Part shown: positions 1 to 9,480 of the stretch, piece by piece
How the letters are laid out: the number at the start of each line of letters is the position of its first letter
How positions within the stretch are numbered: position 1 is the stretch's first letter
DNA from: an uncultured virus (IMG/VR IMGVR_UViG_3300035188_001031)
Lineage: Duplodnaviria; Heunggongvirae; Uroviricota; Caudoviricetes
IMG/VR virus record: IMGVR_UViG_3300035188_001031
Length of the DNA: 64,000 nt
Strand: one strand, 5' to 3'
Program-made: the position numbers and the translations under genes
The notes under the pieces: model-generated
What the model was told of the DNA's origin: nothing
Databases searched by the model: none
Seen by the model: the letters and a program-made list of their open reading frames with translations, nothing else

Positions 1-511
1 GACCTTTTACAGTAGATGCTAAAGGCAGACTAACATCTGTCGGTACAGCAGTAACCATTGCTCCAGCCTTTAGCTCCATCACTAACAAGCCTACAACCCT
101 TAGTGGTTACGGCATTACTGATGCACTGTCAAACGGTAATCAAAATCCGAATCTGGTACTCGCTGGTCCTTCCACTGGTAGTACTGCAGGTACACCAACG
201 TTCAGAGCTCTAGTTGCTACTGATATACCAAACATAGATGCTACAAAGATAACCAGTGGAACACTTAATGCACTGAGACTACCTGCTTTTACAGGAGATG
301 CTACCAGTACATCCGGTACGTCAGCTCTTACTCTTTCTAATACAGGTGTTACAGCCGGTACTTACAATTCTTCCACAGAAATCAGACCTTTTACAGTAGA
401 TGCTAAAGGCAGACTAACATCTGTCGGTACAGCAGTAACCATTGCTCCAGCCTTTAGCTCCATCACTAACAAGCCTACAACCCTTAGTGGTTACGGCATT
501 ACTGATGCACT
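1..511 (+). repeat. Exact 127-bp direct repeat (1-127 and 385-511), period 384 bp
   Basis: Direct sequence identity, in frame within the fibre gene. Confidence 0.95.
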
Positions 512-1298
512 AGCCTCCAACAGTGACCGACTAACCCCTTCTGGTGCCATCACTCAATTCGCTGGCGCGACACCCCCGGCTGGTTGGCTTAAGTGCAATG
601 GTGACACCATACCCAATGGAACTGGCACAGTTCAAGGCGTCACTGCTAATTTTGCACCGCTATATGCAGTCCTACAAAATACCTACGGGGGATTCGGCAA
701 ACTGCCCGACCTCCGTGGTGAATTCATCCGAGGCTGGGATGATGGTCGTGGCGTGGACGGTGGACGGGGACGCGGCACGTCACAAAGCGGACAGCTGGAG
801 CAGCATGCTCACAGCATGAATCACGGGCACACGATTACAGACAGCGGCCACGTTCATGGAGTCAGCGACTCTGGCCACAGTCATGGAGTCAACGACCCCA
901 CTCACGCTCACGGCGTCTCCGACCCCGGCCATGGTCATAATATAGTTGTTTTCAATAATGTTGGCACATTAATAGGAAATGATACCACAACTACCATATG
1001 GCAAAGCGTAGCCTCGAACACTCCCTTAAATAACTCTGGCATCACAAGCTATGTACAGGGGACAAATGCATCGCAACGATTTTTGGGAATTGGAGGAAGA
1101 ACTACTGGCATTAGTACCATCGCAGCTGCTACTAGCATTACCATTGTTAATAGCGGCACCGGTATTTCCGTCGCTAACAACGGCACCGGTATCTCAGTCA
1201 ACGGTATGACCGGCAATACAGGCACAGCAGGGGCAGCGGTAGGCGCAGACGCCAACAGGCCGCGTAACATTGCGATGCTAGTCATTATCAAAATATGA
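3..1298 (+). CDS. Tail fibre protein with tail-collar domain and His-rich repeats (5'-partial)
   Basis: Frame open from base 3 into track ORF 753..1298. Contains TVDAKGRLT and KPTTLSGYGITDA fibre motifs, a collar motif (GAITQFAGATPPAGWLKCNG...LPDLRGEFIRGWDDGRGVD), HxH repeats and C-terminal RPRNIAMLVIIKI. Confidence 0.9.
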   Translation, partial: PFTVDAKGRLTSVGTAVTIAPAFSSITNKPTTLSGYGITDALSNGNQNPNLVLAGPSTGSTAGTPTFRALVATDIPNIDATKITSGTLNALRLPAFTGDATSTSGTSALTLSNTGVTAGTYNSSTEIRPFTVDAKGRLTSVGTAVTIAPAFSSITNKPTTLSGYGITDALASNSDRLTPSGAITQFAGATPPAGWLKCNGDTIPNGTGTVQGVTANFAPLYAVLQNTYGGFGKLPDLRGEFIRGWDDGRGVDGGRGRGTSQSGQLEQHAHSMNHGHTITDSGHVHGVSDSGHSHGVNDPTHAHGVSDPGHGHNIVVFNNVGTLIGNDTTTTIWQSVASNTPLNNSGITSYVQGTNASQRFLGIGGRTTGISTIAAATSITIVNSGTGISVANNGTGISVNGMTGNTGTAGAAVGADANRPRNIAMLVIIKI

Positions 1299-1353
1299 TG
1301 AATAACCAATTCATGTCTAGCGCACATGTCCCCCGAGACCGGAACCAGTAACC

Positions 1354-2580
1354 ATGACTGTCCCTTTCCCGCCTTTGCGACCCTCCAACCGCTCTTTCAC
1401 CAAGGGGCAATATCCGGTTAGGCGTCAACTATCCCCAGCAGGTACAGGCATTTCTCGGCGCTTTGGCACTAGGCCTATAGATACAGTAATGTCCTTGGAA
1501 TTCGCCAACATAACCGATGCGGATGCTGCTGCTATTGCTAGAGCTTACGATGATGCTGCAGGTTCTTACCACACGCTTTTACTCCCCCTCGAACTGTGGG
1601 CAGACTTAAGCGAGTCACTCCGTAATCAATTGAGCCCTGGAGATAGTCCATTAGTGACTACCCCTACTTCTCTTACGACTAACGGAAACCTAGACACATG
1701 GTTCGGATCAACTCTCGGCCCCCTTTCTGTATCGGGAAGTTTTGGACCTGAATCATTATCATTGGCTTATAAATGGTTTGCCGCTACTTATATTGAACCG
1801 TCTAACTCACCTACCGGAACCTTTACGATTGAGAAAAAAATCTCCGGACCAACAGAACTCTCCAGTTTTACTGCCAATAACTATTTAAGATTTAATACCA
1901 GTCATACTATAGGTACTATTTCACTTAATAATCTAACAACTGCTGCTTACTCTTTCATTATTCAGGAAATTGAAAATGCAAATACTGTACTTGGTTCCAC
2001 GGTTACCTTATCCTTTAAGGCTAGAGCAAGTCAGAATAATACTAAAATTGTTTCTGAAAGCCAGATTTATTCCAGCAATAATTCCTTCTGGACTCCCACA
2101 ATCTGTAAAACATTTAACTTATCTACATCTTGGCAGACATACACGCACATATACACTATGCCAACCTACGCTCAAGTAATAGGCGCCGCTTACAACCCCA
2201 CTGCTGTTAATCCGACTTTAGCCAATCCTACTTATACACCTATTGGCGTAGGGGCTCTACCTCCTCGTTCTAGTTGGATGTTTCAAGTAGATATTAAAAC
2301 TATGTGGTCTCTAGGTGAGTGGAGAAGAGCAGGCAACGCTTATCTAGGCCCACGTCCAGCGGGATTTGAAAACACACAACAGACTGAATCCGAAATGAAC
2401 GCAATGAATAATAGCTACATCAGTAATGGATATTACGACATTGCTGACATTCAGCTCATGCCTTCTAGTGCCTATTCCTCACCTCTTTGGCGCTTCAGTC
2501 AATCACCTGTGTTTTCTAAAGGATCCAGACCGGGTTATAAAACAGTCACGGTTGAACTCATCGGAGATCCGGCATACTGA
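1354..2580 (+). CDS. Distal-tail-like protein with large internal (carbohydrate-binding-like) insertion
   Basis: N- and C-terminal parts align by eye with the 128-aa downstream paralog; the insert of about 280 aa has a beta-rich VTLSFKARAS...LSTSWQTYTH pattern. Confidence 0.65.
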   Translation: MTVPFPPLRPSNRSFTKGQYPVRRQLSPAGTGISRRFGTRPIDTVMSLEFANITDADAAAIARAYDDAAGSYHTLLLPLELWADLSESLRNQLSPGDSPLVTTPTSLTTNGNLDTWFGSTLGPLSVSGSFGPESLSLAYKWFAATYIEPSNSPTGTFTIEKKISGPTELSSFTANNYLRFNTSHTIGTISLNNLTTAAYSFIIQEIENANTVLGSTVTLSFKARASQNNTKIVSESQIYSSNNSFWTPTICKTFNLSTSWQTYTHIYTMPTYAQVIGAAYNPTAVNPTLANPTYTPIGVGALPPRSSWMFQVDIKTMWSLGEWRRAGNAYLGPRPAGFENTQQTESEMNAMNNSYISNGYYDIADIQLMPSSAYSSPLWRFSQSPVFSKGSRPGYKTVTVELIGDPAY

Positions 2581-2581
2581 A

Positions 2582-2968
2582 ATGGCAGTTACGTTCCCTT
2601 CTTTAAAACCGACAAACCGTACCGTCTCACAGGGTACTTATGCAGTCAAGATGTTCAAATTCATCACGGGACTACCGGCAGCACGGAGGTACGGCACTTC
2701 ACCGCATAGCGCCACCCTAGATCTTGAATACTCCAACATCACAGATGCCAATGCAAGTCTCCTTACAGCTGCATTTGACCAAGCCTACGGTACATTCGAC
2801 TCCCTCACGCTGCCTAACGCCCTCTGGGACGACATCGAAGAGCCTCTGCGCAGTCAATTAAAAGGCACATTCATATGGCGCTTTGCCCAGGCACCAACAG
2901 TGAATCAAAGTGCCGTACCCGGCTACAAATCCGTCAGCATCCAGCTGGAAGGTCAGCGTGACGGGTAG
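2582..2968 (+). CDS. Distal-tail-like protein (short paralog)
   Basis: MAVTFPSLKPTNRT...WRFAQAPTV...GYKSVSIQL; ATG just after the upstream stop. Confidence 0.65.
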   Translation: MAVTFPSLKPTNRTVSQGTYAVKMFKFITGLPAARRYGTSPHSATLDLEYSNITDANASLLTAAFDQAYGTFDSLTLPNALWDDIEEPLRSQLKGTFIWRFAQAPTVNQSAVPGYKSVSIQLEGQRDG

Positions 2969-3024
2969 CTCTCCAATCCCCCCGAGCCCGTTAAACTTTA
3001 TATAACGCATAGCGCCCGCGAACC

Positions 3025-3414
3025 ATGGCGGTTCAGACAACTAAAAATGCAGCTTTATTCTGTGATGGCAATCAGGTAGGAAAAGTAGTATCCGCCTCTT
3101 TAGACATCTCCTTGGAGGCGATGGAGACGACCACAGTTGAGAAATACTTCCGTACTTTTGTCCCTGGTATTAATAGCGCTACAGGCTCTGTCTCTGTACT
3201 TTACGACCCCGATGACACGCAAGCCGTCGCTCTTCTCAATACGATAATCAGTGGGGCTTTGGTTACCTTAGTATTTGTCATCAATACTGTACTTAGCAAA
3301 TCAATAACAGTTACAGCATTTGTGACCCAAGCAAGTATCCCATTCGCAGTTAGAGAAGCTGTAGTCATCTCCCTGTCTCTGCAAATAACAGGCACTATCA
3401 CACCTGTTCTCTAA
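3025..3414 (+). CDS. Tail-tube-fold minor tail protein
   Basis: SLDISLEAMETTT...RTFVPGINSATGSVSVLYD...SLQITG pattern typical of tail tube folds. Confidence 0.65.
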   Translation: MAVQTTKNAALFCDGNQVGKVVSASLDISLEAMETTTVEKYFRTFVPGINSATGSVSVLYDPDDTQAVALLNTIISGALVTLVFVINTVLSKSITVTAFVTQASIPFAVREAVVISLSLQITGTITPVL

Positions 3415-3920
3415 TGGCTGTCATCGGACGTCACGGAATCTTACGGTTAAGCCCCCAGGCTGTACCGCCTAGTACTACTACACCTTACACGGGTTTTCGC
3501 ACACAGATCAATCTTGTGGATTGGTCTCTTAACTTATCTCATAATGAAATTGATACTACAGCTATTGGTGAAGCATTTGGTGATGCTGTTAAATCCGGTG
3601 TTGTCAGCGGTGGCGGCTCTCTTAATTTCCTTGTTGAGCGTTCTCAAGCTAGTACCACAGAAGAAGACAGTACCCTTTTACTCGAACTGCTATTCCTAGC
3701 AAATCCAGGCGCCAATGCACTTGCTGAATTTTGGATGATACGAAATCGACCTACACTTAGCTGTAGCGTACTAGCCCCAGGTAGTTTGTACTATACCGCA
3801 GACATTCAGATTACGTCAACAGTAATAAATACCGCCGCTGACAACCTAATCAGTGGATCTGCAGAGTTCATTACTATCGGCGAGATCAATCTTGTCGCAA
3901 CCGGGGCTGCAACTCCCTGA
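3414..3920 (+). CDS. Tail-tube-fold minor tail protein
   Basis: WSLNLSHNEIDTTAIGE...SGGGSLNF...SAEFITIGEI; TAATG coupling with the upstream gene. Confidence 0.6.
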   Translation: MAVIGRHGILRLSPQAVPPSTTTPYTGFRTQINLVDWSLNLSHNEIDTTAIGEAFGDAVKSGVVSGGGSLNFLVERSQASTTEEDSTLLLELLFLANPGANALAEFWMIRNRPTLSCSVLAPGSLYYTADIQITSTVINTAADNLISGSAEFITIGEINLVATGAATP

Positions 3921-3959
3921 TCCCCCTTTTGCCTTAAAATTCTATGAGATTCCCGACAC

Positions 3960-4238
3960 ATGGCTGAGCCCCAATTCGACGAGCAACACCCCCCGACGCA
4001 TTGGCACTTGCTTGTCGAGCTACGTGTAATGCAGGAAAAGCTAAGCAGTGTAAGTGGCGTAATAAACTCTGCTTTAGAGACTCACAGCAATCTGAAAAAG
4101 GAAGTTGATCTCTTGAAAATCCGTGTTGCCCAGGGCGTTATTTTAGCAGTGACTGTAGCTATTGTCCTGCCTGTAGTAATTAATATGATGAACCCTCGTA
4201 TTCACTTTGAATCACACTCAATAATAAAACCCAAATGA
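3960..4238 (+). CDS. Small coiled-coil protein with C-terminal transmembrane helix (holin-like?)
   Basis: Hydrophobic segment GVILAVTVAIVLPVVI. Confidence 0.5.
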   Translation: MAEPQFDEQHPPTHWHLLVELRVMQEKLSSVSGVINSALETHSNLKKEVDLLKIRVAQGVILAVTVAIVLPVVINMMNPRIHFESHSIIKPK

Positions 4239-4450
4239 ACAGAGTACTTGGTATAGCAGCTCTATTTGTAGTTTCCCTTAGGCTCGTCCTCGGGGGTCTG
4301 TATGTCGCTGATTGCAGGCAGGTCGGCGGTCCTCCCAAAGACTGTTGGGCTGAAGGCTACGAAATGTCCGGTTTCGAATCCCTTGGTCTCGCTGCAGGCG
4401 GCTTCTTAGCTGGATTCTGGACTCATAATCCTGCCCTAGATCGAAATTAG
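4235..4450 (+). CDS. Small two-TM membrane protein (holin-like?)
   Basis: Two hydrophobic segments; ATGA overlap with the upstream gene. Confidence 0.5.
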   Translation: MNRVLGIAALFVVSLRLVLGGLYVADCRQVGGPPKDCWAEGYEMSGFESLGLAAGGFLAGFWTHNPALDRN

Positions 4451-4492
4451 GCTGGCGCTCCCTCTGCAATCCATCCAGCGCTAATCTGCTGC

Positions 4493-4846
4493 ATGAGCAT
4501 TCAGCCTGCGAATTACGATCTGCTGGTTCCTCAGAGAGCGTCCCTTGAGGAAACATTCCGCTTCCCTTATGACGGCACGGGATCTCAGATCTTCGCTTCA
4601 ATCTACGATAACGAAAGACGCCGCCGTAAGTATCTCGATTTAGATGTCTTCTGGGTTAATAGACTGCAAGTAATTAATACATCAACTGTACGATCTACAG
4701 TCACAATAAGCGCGTCTTGGGAAGATACGAGGGAGATTACTAAAGAAGGTTACTGGGACCTTTTGTGGGTATGGCCTGACGGCTCAAGAAACTACTTAGT
4801 CGAAGGTCGAGCTGTTCTCAACCTTAATGTTTCTGAAGCCTCATGA
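4493..4846 (+). CDS. Virion/fibre adaptor-like protein
   Basis: YDLLVPQRASL...GYWDLLW...YLVEGRAVL pattern commonly seen upstream of fibre genes. Confidence 0.55.
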   Translation: MSIQPANYDLLVPQRASLEETFRFPYDGTGSQIFASIYDNERRRRKYLDLDVFWVNRLQVINTSTVRSTVTISASWEDTREITKEGYWDLLWVWPDGSRNYLVEGRAVLNLNVSEAS

Positions 4847-5022
4847 CCGCTTTAACCATTGAAGTAATACAGGATGGGCCCGTCAAAATCGTAGAAGTTC
4901 TACACCCCGGGCCTCGGGGACTGAACGCCCTAGATATTAATCTTCTTCAAATTGATGGCGGAGCGGCCTCGACAATTTACGGGGTAACTAACTACCACGT
5001 TGTTGACGGAGGCGGAGCATAA
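4843..5022 (+). CDS. Hypothetical 59-aa fibre-associated protein (not in ORF track)
   Basis: [26 protein letters not shown]...IDGGAA...VDGGGA; overlaps both neighbours (ATGA, TAATG). Confidence 0.6.
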   Translation: MTALTIEVIQDGPVKIVEVLHPGPRGLNALDINLLQIDGGAASTIYGVTNYHVVDGGGA

Positions 5023-7199
5023 TGGCCACCCGTATTCAAAAACGTAGAGATACTGCCGCGAACTGGACTGCAGTAAACCCAGTCTTAGCCCAAGGAGAAG
5101 AAGGAATTGAGCTGGATACCAACAAAGAGAAAATTGGCAATGGCACTACCGCTTGGAACAGTCTCCCTTACAAAACACTTGGACTCACCCCGAGTGCGAT
5201 AGGCGCTGCCACTGCAGCTCAAGGAGCAAAAGCAGATTCTGCTGTACAACCTGCAGGCTTGACCAAGGCTGCTGTAGGCCTTGGGAACGTTGATAACACC
5301 AGTGATGCTAACAAGCCTGTCAGCACAGCACAGGCTGCTGCTTTGATAGCCCATGAAGCTGCAGCAAATCCACATCCCGGCTACCTGACACCGGCCGAGG
5401 CGAACGCGGCTTATGCAACGGTGGCGCAAGGGGCACTAGCGGTAACAGCAATTCAACCGGGCAATCCAGCGCTGAGTGATCCCAGGACGCCCACAGCACA
5501 CAAGAGCAGCCATGCTGTTGGCGGATCTGATGCGCTGAGCCCTGCAGATATTGGCGCGGTTGGCACCAGTGACAGCAGAATGAGCGACTCCAGGGAATGG
5601 AGCGCTCCAACAGTCACGGAAGCAGAGGCCACCCAGGGCACGTCTACGGAAAGGCGCGCCTGGACTTCAGTTCGAGTCTTCCAATCCATCGCAAGCTGGT
5701 GGAACGGCTCAGCGGCAAAGACCAAGCTGGACGGAATTCAGGAGGGGGCCCAGGCAAATGTGGCTACCAACCTCAGTTACGACGCCGCAACCCGCAACCT
5801 GACCAGCAGCACGGGATCGCCTGCCGTGCTGCCGTTGTTTGGGAGTGGTACCGCTGGATTGGTGCCAGCCAGTGGAGGCGGAACCACCAAATACCTGCGG
5901 GAAGATGGCGCATTTGCGGAGCCCCCTGGCGCTGGTGGATTCCCCGGCGGCTCCAATACCCAGATCCAATTCAACGATGGCGGCACTTTCGGTGGGGACA
6001 TAGATCTCACCTACAACAAGACCACCAACCTGCTGACCAGCAAGGGCGACATCCTTCTGGATGATGGTGGGTCTTTTACTACCACGCTTCAGACGGTTAC
6101 AGCAACGGCGAATCGGACGATTTCATTCCCTGATGCGACCGGCACGGTGGCCCTGGTTGGTGGCAGCAGCGGTCAGGTTCTAGTCAACACCAATGGTGCT
6201 GTTGCGGGGCTAAGCACTCTCACCGCTGACAGCTCGGGCAACCTCACGCTCACGGCCAGGCTGATCAATGCGTTTAACAGCCTGGCCAGCGCACCGGCCA
6301 AGCTGTTCAGCGGCACTTGGTTCACGGGTGGGACGTCAACCACCACGAAACCGCATGTGTTAATTGAACCGGCGGGGACCAGCTCAACGCACTGGAACAC
6401 GGGGGGGACGGGATGGGGGGTTAATGGTCCGCCTGGGTTTGCGGGGGATCTGGCGTGGCTTGGGGTGAATGGGACTTCCTTTTTTCGGCTTTCCTCCGGA
6501 AGTGGATTGTCTATCAATGGAACGGTTGCTGGTAATTCATTTAGAGATGGCGGCGGGACTTTTCAGCTTGACGGTAATGGATTGCGTATAAGATCAGACA
6601 GAGTATTCGGGATTGGAACTGATGCTTTTGGTACAAATGCAGACGTTTTATGGAGGCGCGACGGTGCCGGGATCTGGGCAACTTACAACGGTGTCAATCC
6701 TCAGACAGTCAGGATCTACAACACCTTCACCAACGACACCAACTTTGAGCGGGGCAAGTCAGGATGGGAGCGCAGCACATCTGATGGTGTGGTTACTGGT
6801 TCGATTGCTGGCACCACGCTGATAGTAACGGCTCTCACCAGTGGTGCTTTAGCAGTTGGTCAGATCATTACAGGAACCAATGTTCTGTCGGGCACTCGTA
6901 TCACGGCACTTGGCACTGGCACCGGAGGAACCGGAACTTATACCGTCAGCCAGTCCCAAACCGTAGCTTCCACCACAATCACAGGTGGTGCCCCTGCGTT
7001 CCGCCTCGGCACCGAAAAAGGCTCCGGCGGCGGCACTGCCCGCGATATGGAGTTTCAGACTGATGGCATCACAAGGATCACGCTGAAGGCTGATGGCGCG
7101 ATCCTGTTTTCCAACATACCAACGACGAATCCAAACGTTGCGGGCCAGCTGTGGAGCGACGCCAATGACGGCGGAACCCTGAAACTCTCTGCCGGTTGA
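5022..7199 (+). CDS. Tail fibre/receptor-binding protein with Mtd-N-like N-terminal domain
   Basis: [32 protein letters not shown]...[31 protein letters not shown], Gly/Thr-rich body. Confidence 0.85.
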   Translation: MATRIQKRRDTAANWTAVNPVLAQGEEGIELDTNKEKIGNGTTAWNSLPYKTLGLTPSAIGAATAAQGAKADSAVQPAGLTKAAVGLGNVDNTSDANKPVSTAQAAALIAHEAAANPHPGYLTPAEANAAYATVAQGALAVTAIQPGNPALSDPRTPTAHKSSHAVGGSDALSPADIGAVGTSDSRMSDSREWSAPTVTEAEATQGTSTERRAWTSVRVFQSIASWWNGSAAKTKLDGIQEGAQANVATNLSYDAATRNLTSSTGSPAVLPLFGSGTAGLVPASGGGTTKYLREDGAFAEPPGAGGFPGGSNTQIQFNDGGTFGGDIDLTYNKTTNLLTSKGDILLDDGGSFTTTLQTVTATANRTISFPDATGTVALVGGSSGQVLVNTNGAVAGLSTLTADSSGNLTLTARLINAFNSLASAPAKLFSGTWFTGGTSTTTKPHVLIEPAGTSSTHWNTGGTGWGVNGPPGFAGDLAWLGVNGTSFFRLSSGSGLSINGTVAGNSFRDGGGTFQLDGNGLRIRSDRVFGIGTDAFGTNADVLWRRDGAGIWATYNGVNPQTVRIYNTFTNDTNFERGKSGWERSTSDGVVTGSIAGTTLIVTALTSGALAVGQIITGTNVLSGTRITALGTGTGGTGTYTVSQSQTVASTTITGGAPAFRLGTEKGSGGGTARDMEFQTDGITRITLKADGAILFSNIPTTNPNVAGQLWSDANDGGTLKLSAG

Positions 7200-7609
7200 C
7201 CGCCATGAACAGCCTCACCATCACCCTCACTGATCTCCGCGCCATCGACGGCTGGATCGAAGCCGCCAACAAAGCAGGCATGACCCCTGAGGCCATGGCC
7301 CTGGAGCTGCTGCAGCATCAGGGGTTGCGGTATGCGGATCTGTTCAAGATCGGCGTACTGACCAGCGCTGCGTTCGTTCAGCGGTTTACAGCCACAGAAC
7401 ATGGCGACATTAGGGCGGCAGCCGAGCAAGTGGCTGAGGTGGCCTCCGCAATCGGGGAGCTGCTGGAGGAGCCATTTGTGGTCTTAACGGATCCTCGAAT
7501 TGCCCCCAGGCTGGCAATGTTCACAGCTGCGGGGCTGCTGGCCCAGGGCAGGGCAGCGGAGATCCAAGCGTGGGAGCATCCAACTCCGCAAGCGCCGGGG
7601 GAAGTATGA
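7196..7609 (+). CDS. Putative tail fibre assembly chaperone
   Basis: Directly follows the fibre gene; FVQRFTATE...[11 protein letters not shown] motif. Confidence 0.55.
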   Translation: MTAMNSLTITLTDLRAIDGWIEAANKAGMTPEAMALELLQHQGLRYADLFKIGVLTSAAFVQRFTATEHGDIRAAAEQVAEVASAIGELLEEPFVVLTDPRIAPRLAMFTAAGLLAQGRAAEIQAWEHPTPQAPGEV

Positions 7610-8439
7610 CCCTGATCCTGAAGAAGGGGTTGAGGTTGCGTAGGAGTGGGCCGTCCAGTTGGCTGATTACAGGTACACAAAAATTAGACCTCAACGCCGC
7701 TGCCTACATCGCCGCTGCCTACATCTCCGCTGTGGAAGCCGCAGACGGGCAGGCACTAGAGACTGGAGTGAGGGACGCCATCAATGCGTTTGTGCTGGGC
7801 TGTGAAGCTGATGGCATCTGGAACGCCATCAAGACCTGTTGCATCCTGGCTGGGGCTCGAACATTAGCTGGAGCGCTGATGCCACTGGTGGGGGCTGCGC
7901 CGACGAATGTTGGTTTTACAAGCAGCAACTACAACCGAAAGACAGGCCTGCTCAGAAATAGCACTCAGTATCTTAACAGCAACAGGGATAATAGTGCCGA
8001 TCCACAAAATAGTAGCCATCTTGCTTTGTACTCTGCAGTTCAGTGGCCTGAGCAAAATGGTTTTTATTTTGCTGGGATGGGAACAAATAACCCTGGATCA
8101 ACTTGCCTTCGGTCTATTACTGGCGTTATCAGGGGAAACATAAGACATGGAACCACGTCGCAAATAAGTTTTACTCGAAATTCTGGATTTCTTGGCATGG
8201 CAAGGTTTAACTCTGTCGAGTTCCAGATGCGCGTCGATGGTACTACATCAACACTATCAGCAGTTTCCACGACTCCGCTTTTGGGCCCCATCTCAATCTT
8301 TACAGATTCTTCAGTGGCTACATCGGGCGTTGCGAATACCCGCCTAGCCTTCTACTCCATAGGCGAATCCCTAGACCTCGCCCTACTTGATGCCCGTGTG
8401 ACGGCACTTGTGAATGCACTGGCGGTGGCGATACCATAG
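7606..8439 (+). CDS. Putative virion/tail-associated protein
   Basis: AAAYISAVEAADGQALE...GIWNAIK..CILAGARTL...FYSIGESLDLALL pattern recalled from cyanophage tail regions. Confidence 0.6.
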   Translation: MTLILKKGLRLRRSGPSSWLITGTQKLDLNAAAYIAAAYISAVEAADGQALETGVRDAINAFVLGCEADGIWNAIKTCCILAGARTLAGALMPLVGAAPTNVGFTSSNYNRKTGLLRNSTQYLNSNRDNSADPQNSSHLALYSAVQWPEQNGFYFAGMGTNNPGSTCLRSITGVIRGNIRHGTTSQISFTRNSGFLGMARFNSVEFQMRVDGTTSTLSAVSTTPLLGPISIFTDSSVATSGVANTRLAFYSIGESLDLALLDARVTALVNALAVAIP

Positions 8440-8443
8440 AGCC

Positions 8444-8605
8444 ATGGAAAACTCGATCGCTCCTGTTAACGAATTACGGCAGCCGGTTCAGACTCTTGAG
8501 TTCAGCATCGGTCCCGCCGTCGATCTAGCAAAGCTAGACGCCGCATTCAAAGAATGGGCCAAAACGCCGTGGGACGACCCCACCGCCCCCTTCCCTGACG
8601 CATGA
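8444..8605 (+). CDS. Hypothetical protein
   Basis: Short ORF in the operon, ATG at 8444. Confidence 0.4.
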   Translation: MENSIAPVNELRQPVQTLEFSIGPAVDLAKLDAAFKEWAKTPWDDPTAPFPDA

Positions 8606-8676
8606 CCACCTCCCGCCGCGAGCACATCCTGCAGCCCCTACTGGCCAGCCTCAACGGCCTGGCGGGGGTGGGCTAG
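8602..8676 (+). pseudogene. Truncated N-terminus of a tail-completion-like gene
   Basis: MTTSRREHILQPLLASLNGLAGVG*; ATGA-coupled and cut off where the convergent L,D-transpeptidase gene ends. Confidence 0.35.
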
Positions 8677-9269
8677 ACCCTCTTTGCTTCCTGTAGCACC
8701 GAGATATACAAATTGCCCATCCCTACCAAAGGCATCAGCCTTTCTTTCAAATCCTGATTGTGCATACGAATACAACCCAGAGTCGCAAATAAACCTTGTC
8801 GTGGCATCCATGCACCGGGCCAGCCACAAGCGCTTCCACCTCCATGCACCATAATCCCGTCTCGATACGGTCGACTATCCGGCCCTTCCTGCCCCTCTAA
8901 CCCCACGAGATCGAAAGAGTACCAACCGTAAGCACACCTATCTCCTGTCATGAAACTAGAAGAAGGGTTTTTCTCATAATCTCTATAAATACCCTTTTTA
9001 TTGACTCTGTACAATCCAGGCGGCGTATCTTCTCCGGTACGGCCCCACTCAGCTTCTTTTCCCTGACCCCTACATAAACAAGGTACAGACCACAGTCTCA
9101 TCCCTTTATGCGTGTACGCAGTAATAGTCTCATTTATATCATTAGCAATCAAATGGTGATCACCGGCTTTAAGCGGCGGCCGGATCTTCGGTCCCACCAT
9201 GCCCGAAGGCCACACAGGAGACGCGATAGCCACTGAAAACAACCCGTATAGGCCACTGTAGCGACCCAT
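8673..9269 (-). CDS. L,D-transpeptidase (YkuD) domain protein, candidate lysin; true start may be 9200
   Basis: TPPGLY, GIMVHGG and TLGCIRM catalytic His/Cys motifs. Confidence 0.85.
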   Translation of the reverse strand: MGRYSGLYGLFSVAIASPVWPSGMVGPKIRPPLKAGDHHLIANDINETITAYTHKGMRLWSVPCLCRGQGKEAEWGRTGEDTPPGLYRVNKKGIYRDYEKNPSSSFMTGDRCAYGWYSFDLVGLEGQEGPDSRPYRDGIMVHGGGSACGWPGAWMPRQGLFATLGCIRMHNQDLKERLMPLVGMGNLYISVLQEAKRV

Positions 9270-9480
9270 TCATGAACCGTTGACGTACTCCCCCGCCTGA
9301 AGGCGGGAGATTCTCGGATCTTCAGGAGCCCTCATGGTGCTTCCCCTCCCCGAGCTTCTCTAGCGCCCAGCCCGGACGCTGAATGGATTCCACGCTTGAG
9401 CACCACCTGAGCGGCGGCTACATCCCGATCGGCGGTGTAGCCGCACTCCGGGCAGTCGTGGACACGAACACTGAGATCCT
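9260..9480 (-). ncRNA. Predicted TnpB omega/reRNA (boundaries approximate) with guide CGGTTCATGAATGGGTCGCT
   Basis: Inferred from known TnpB biology: the scaffold overlaps the tnpB 3' end and right end, and the guide is the flank beyond TCAA. Confidence 0.55.

Noticed and set aside
5022..5180. Mtd-like fibre as a DGR target
   Set aside because: Only the N-terminal anchor motif is shared; no template repeat or reverse transcriptase is seen.
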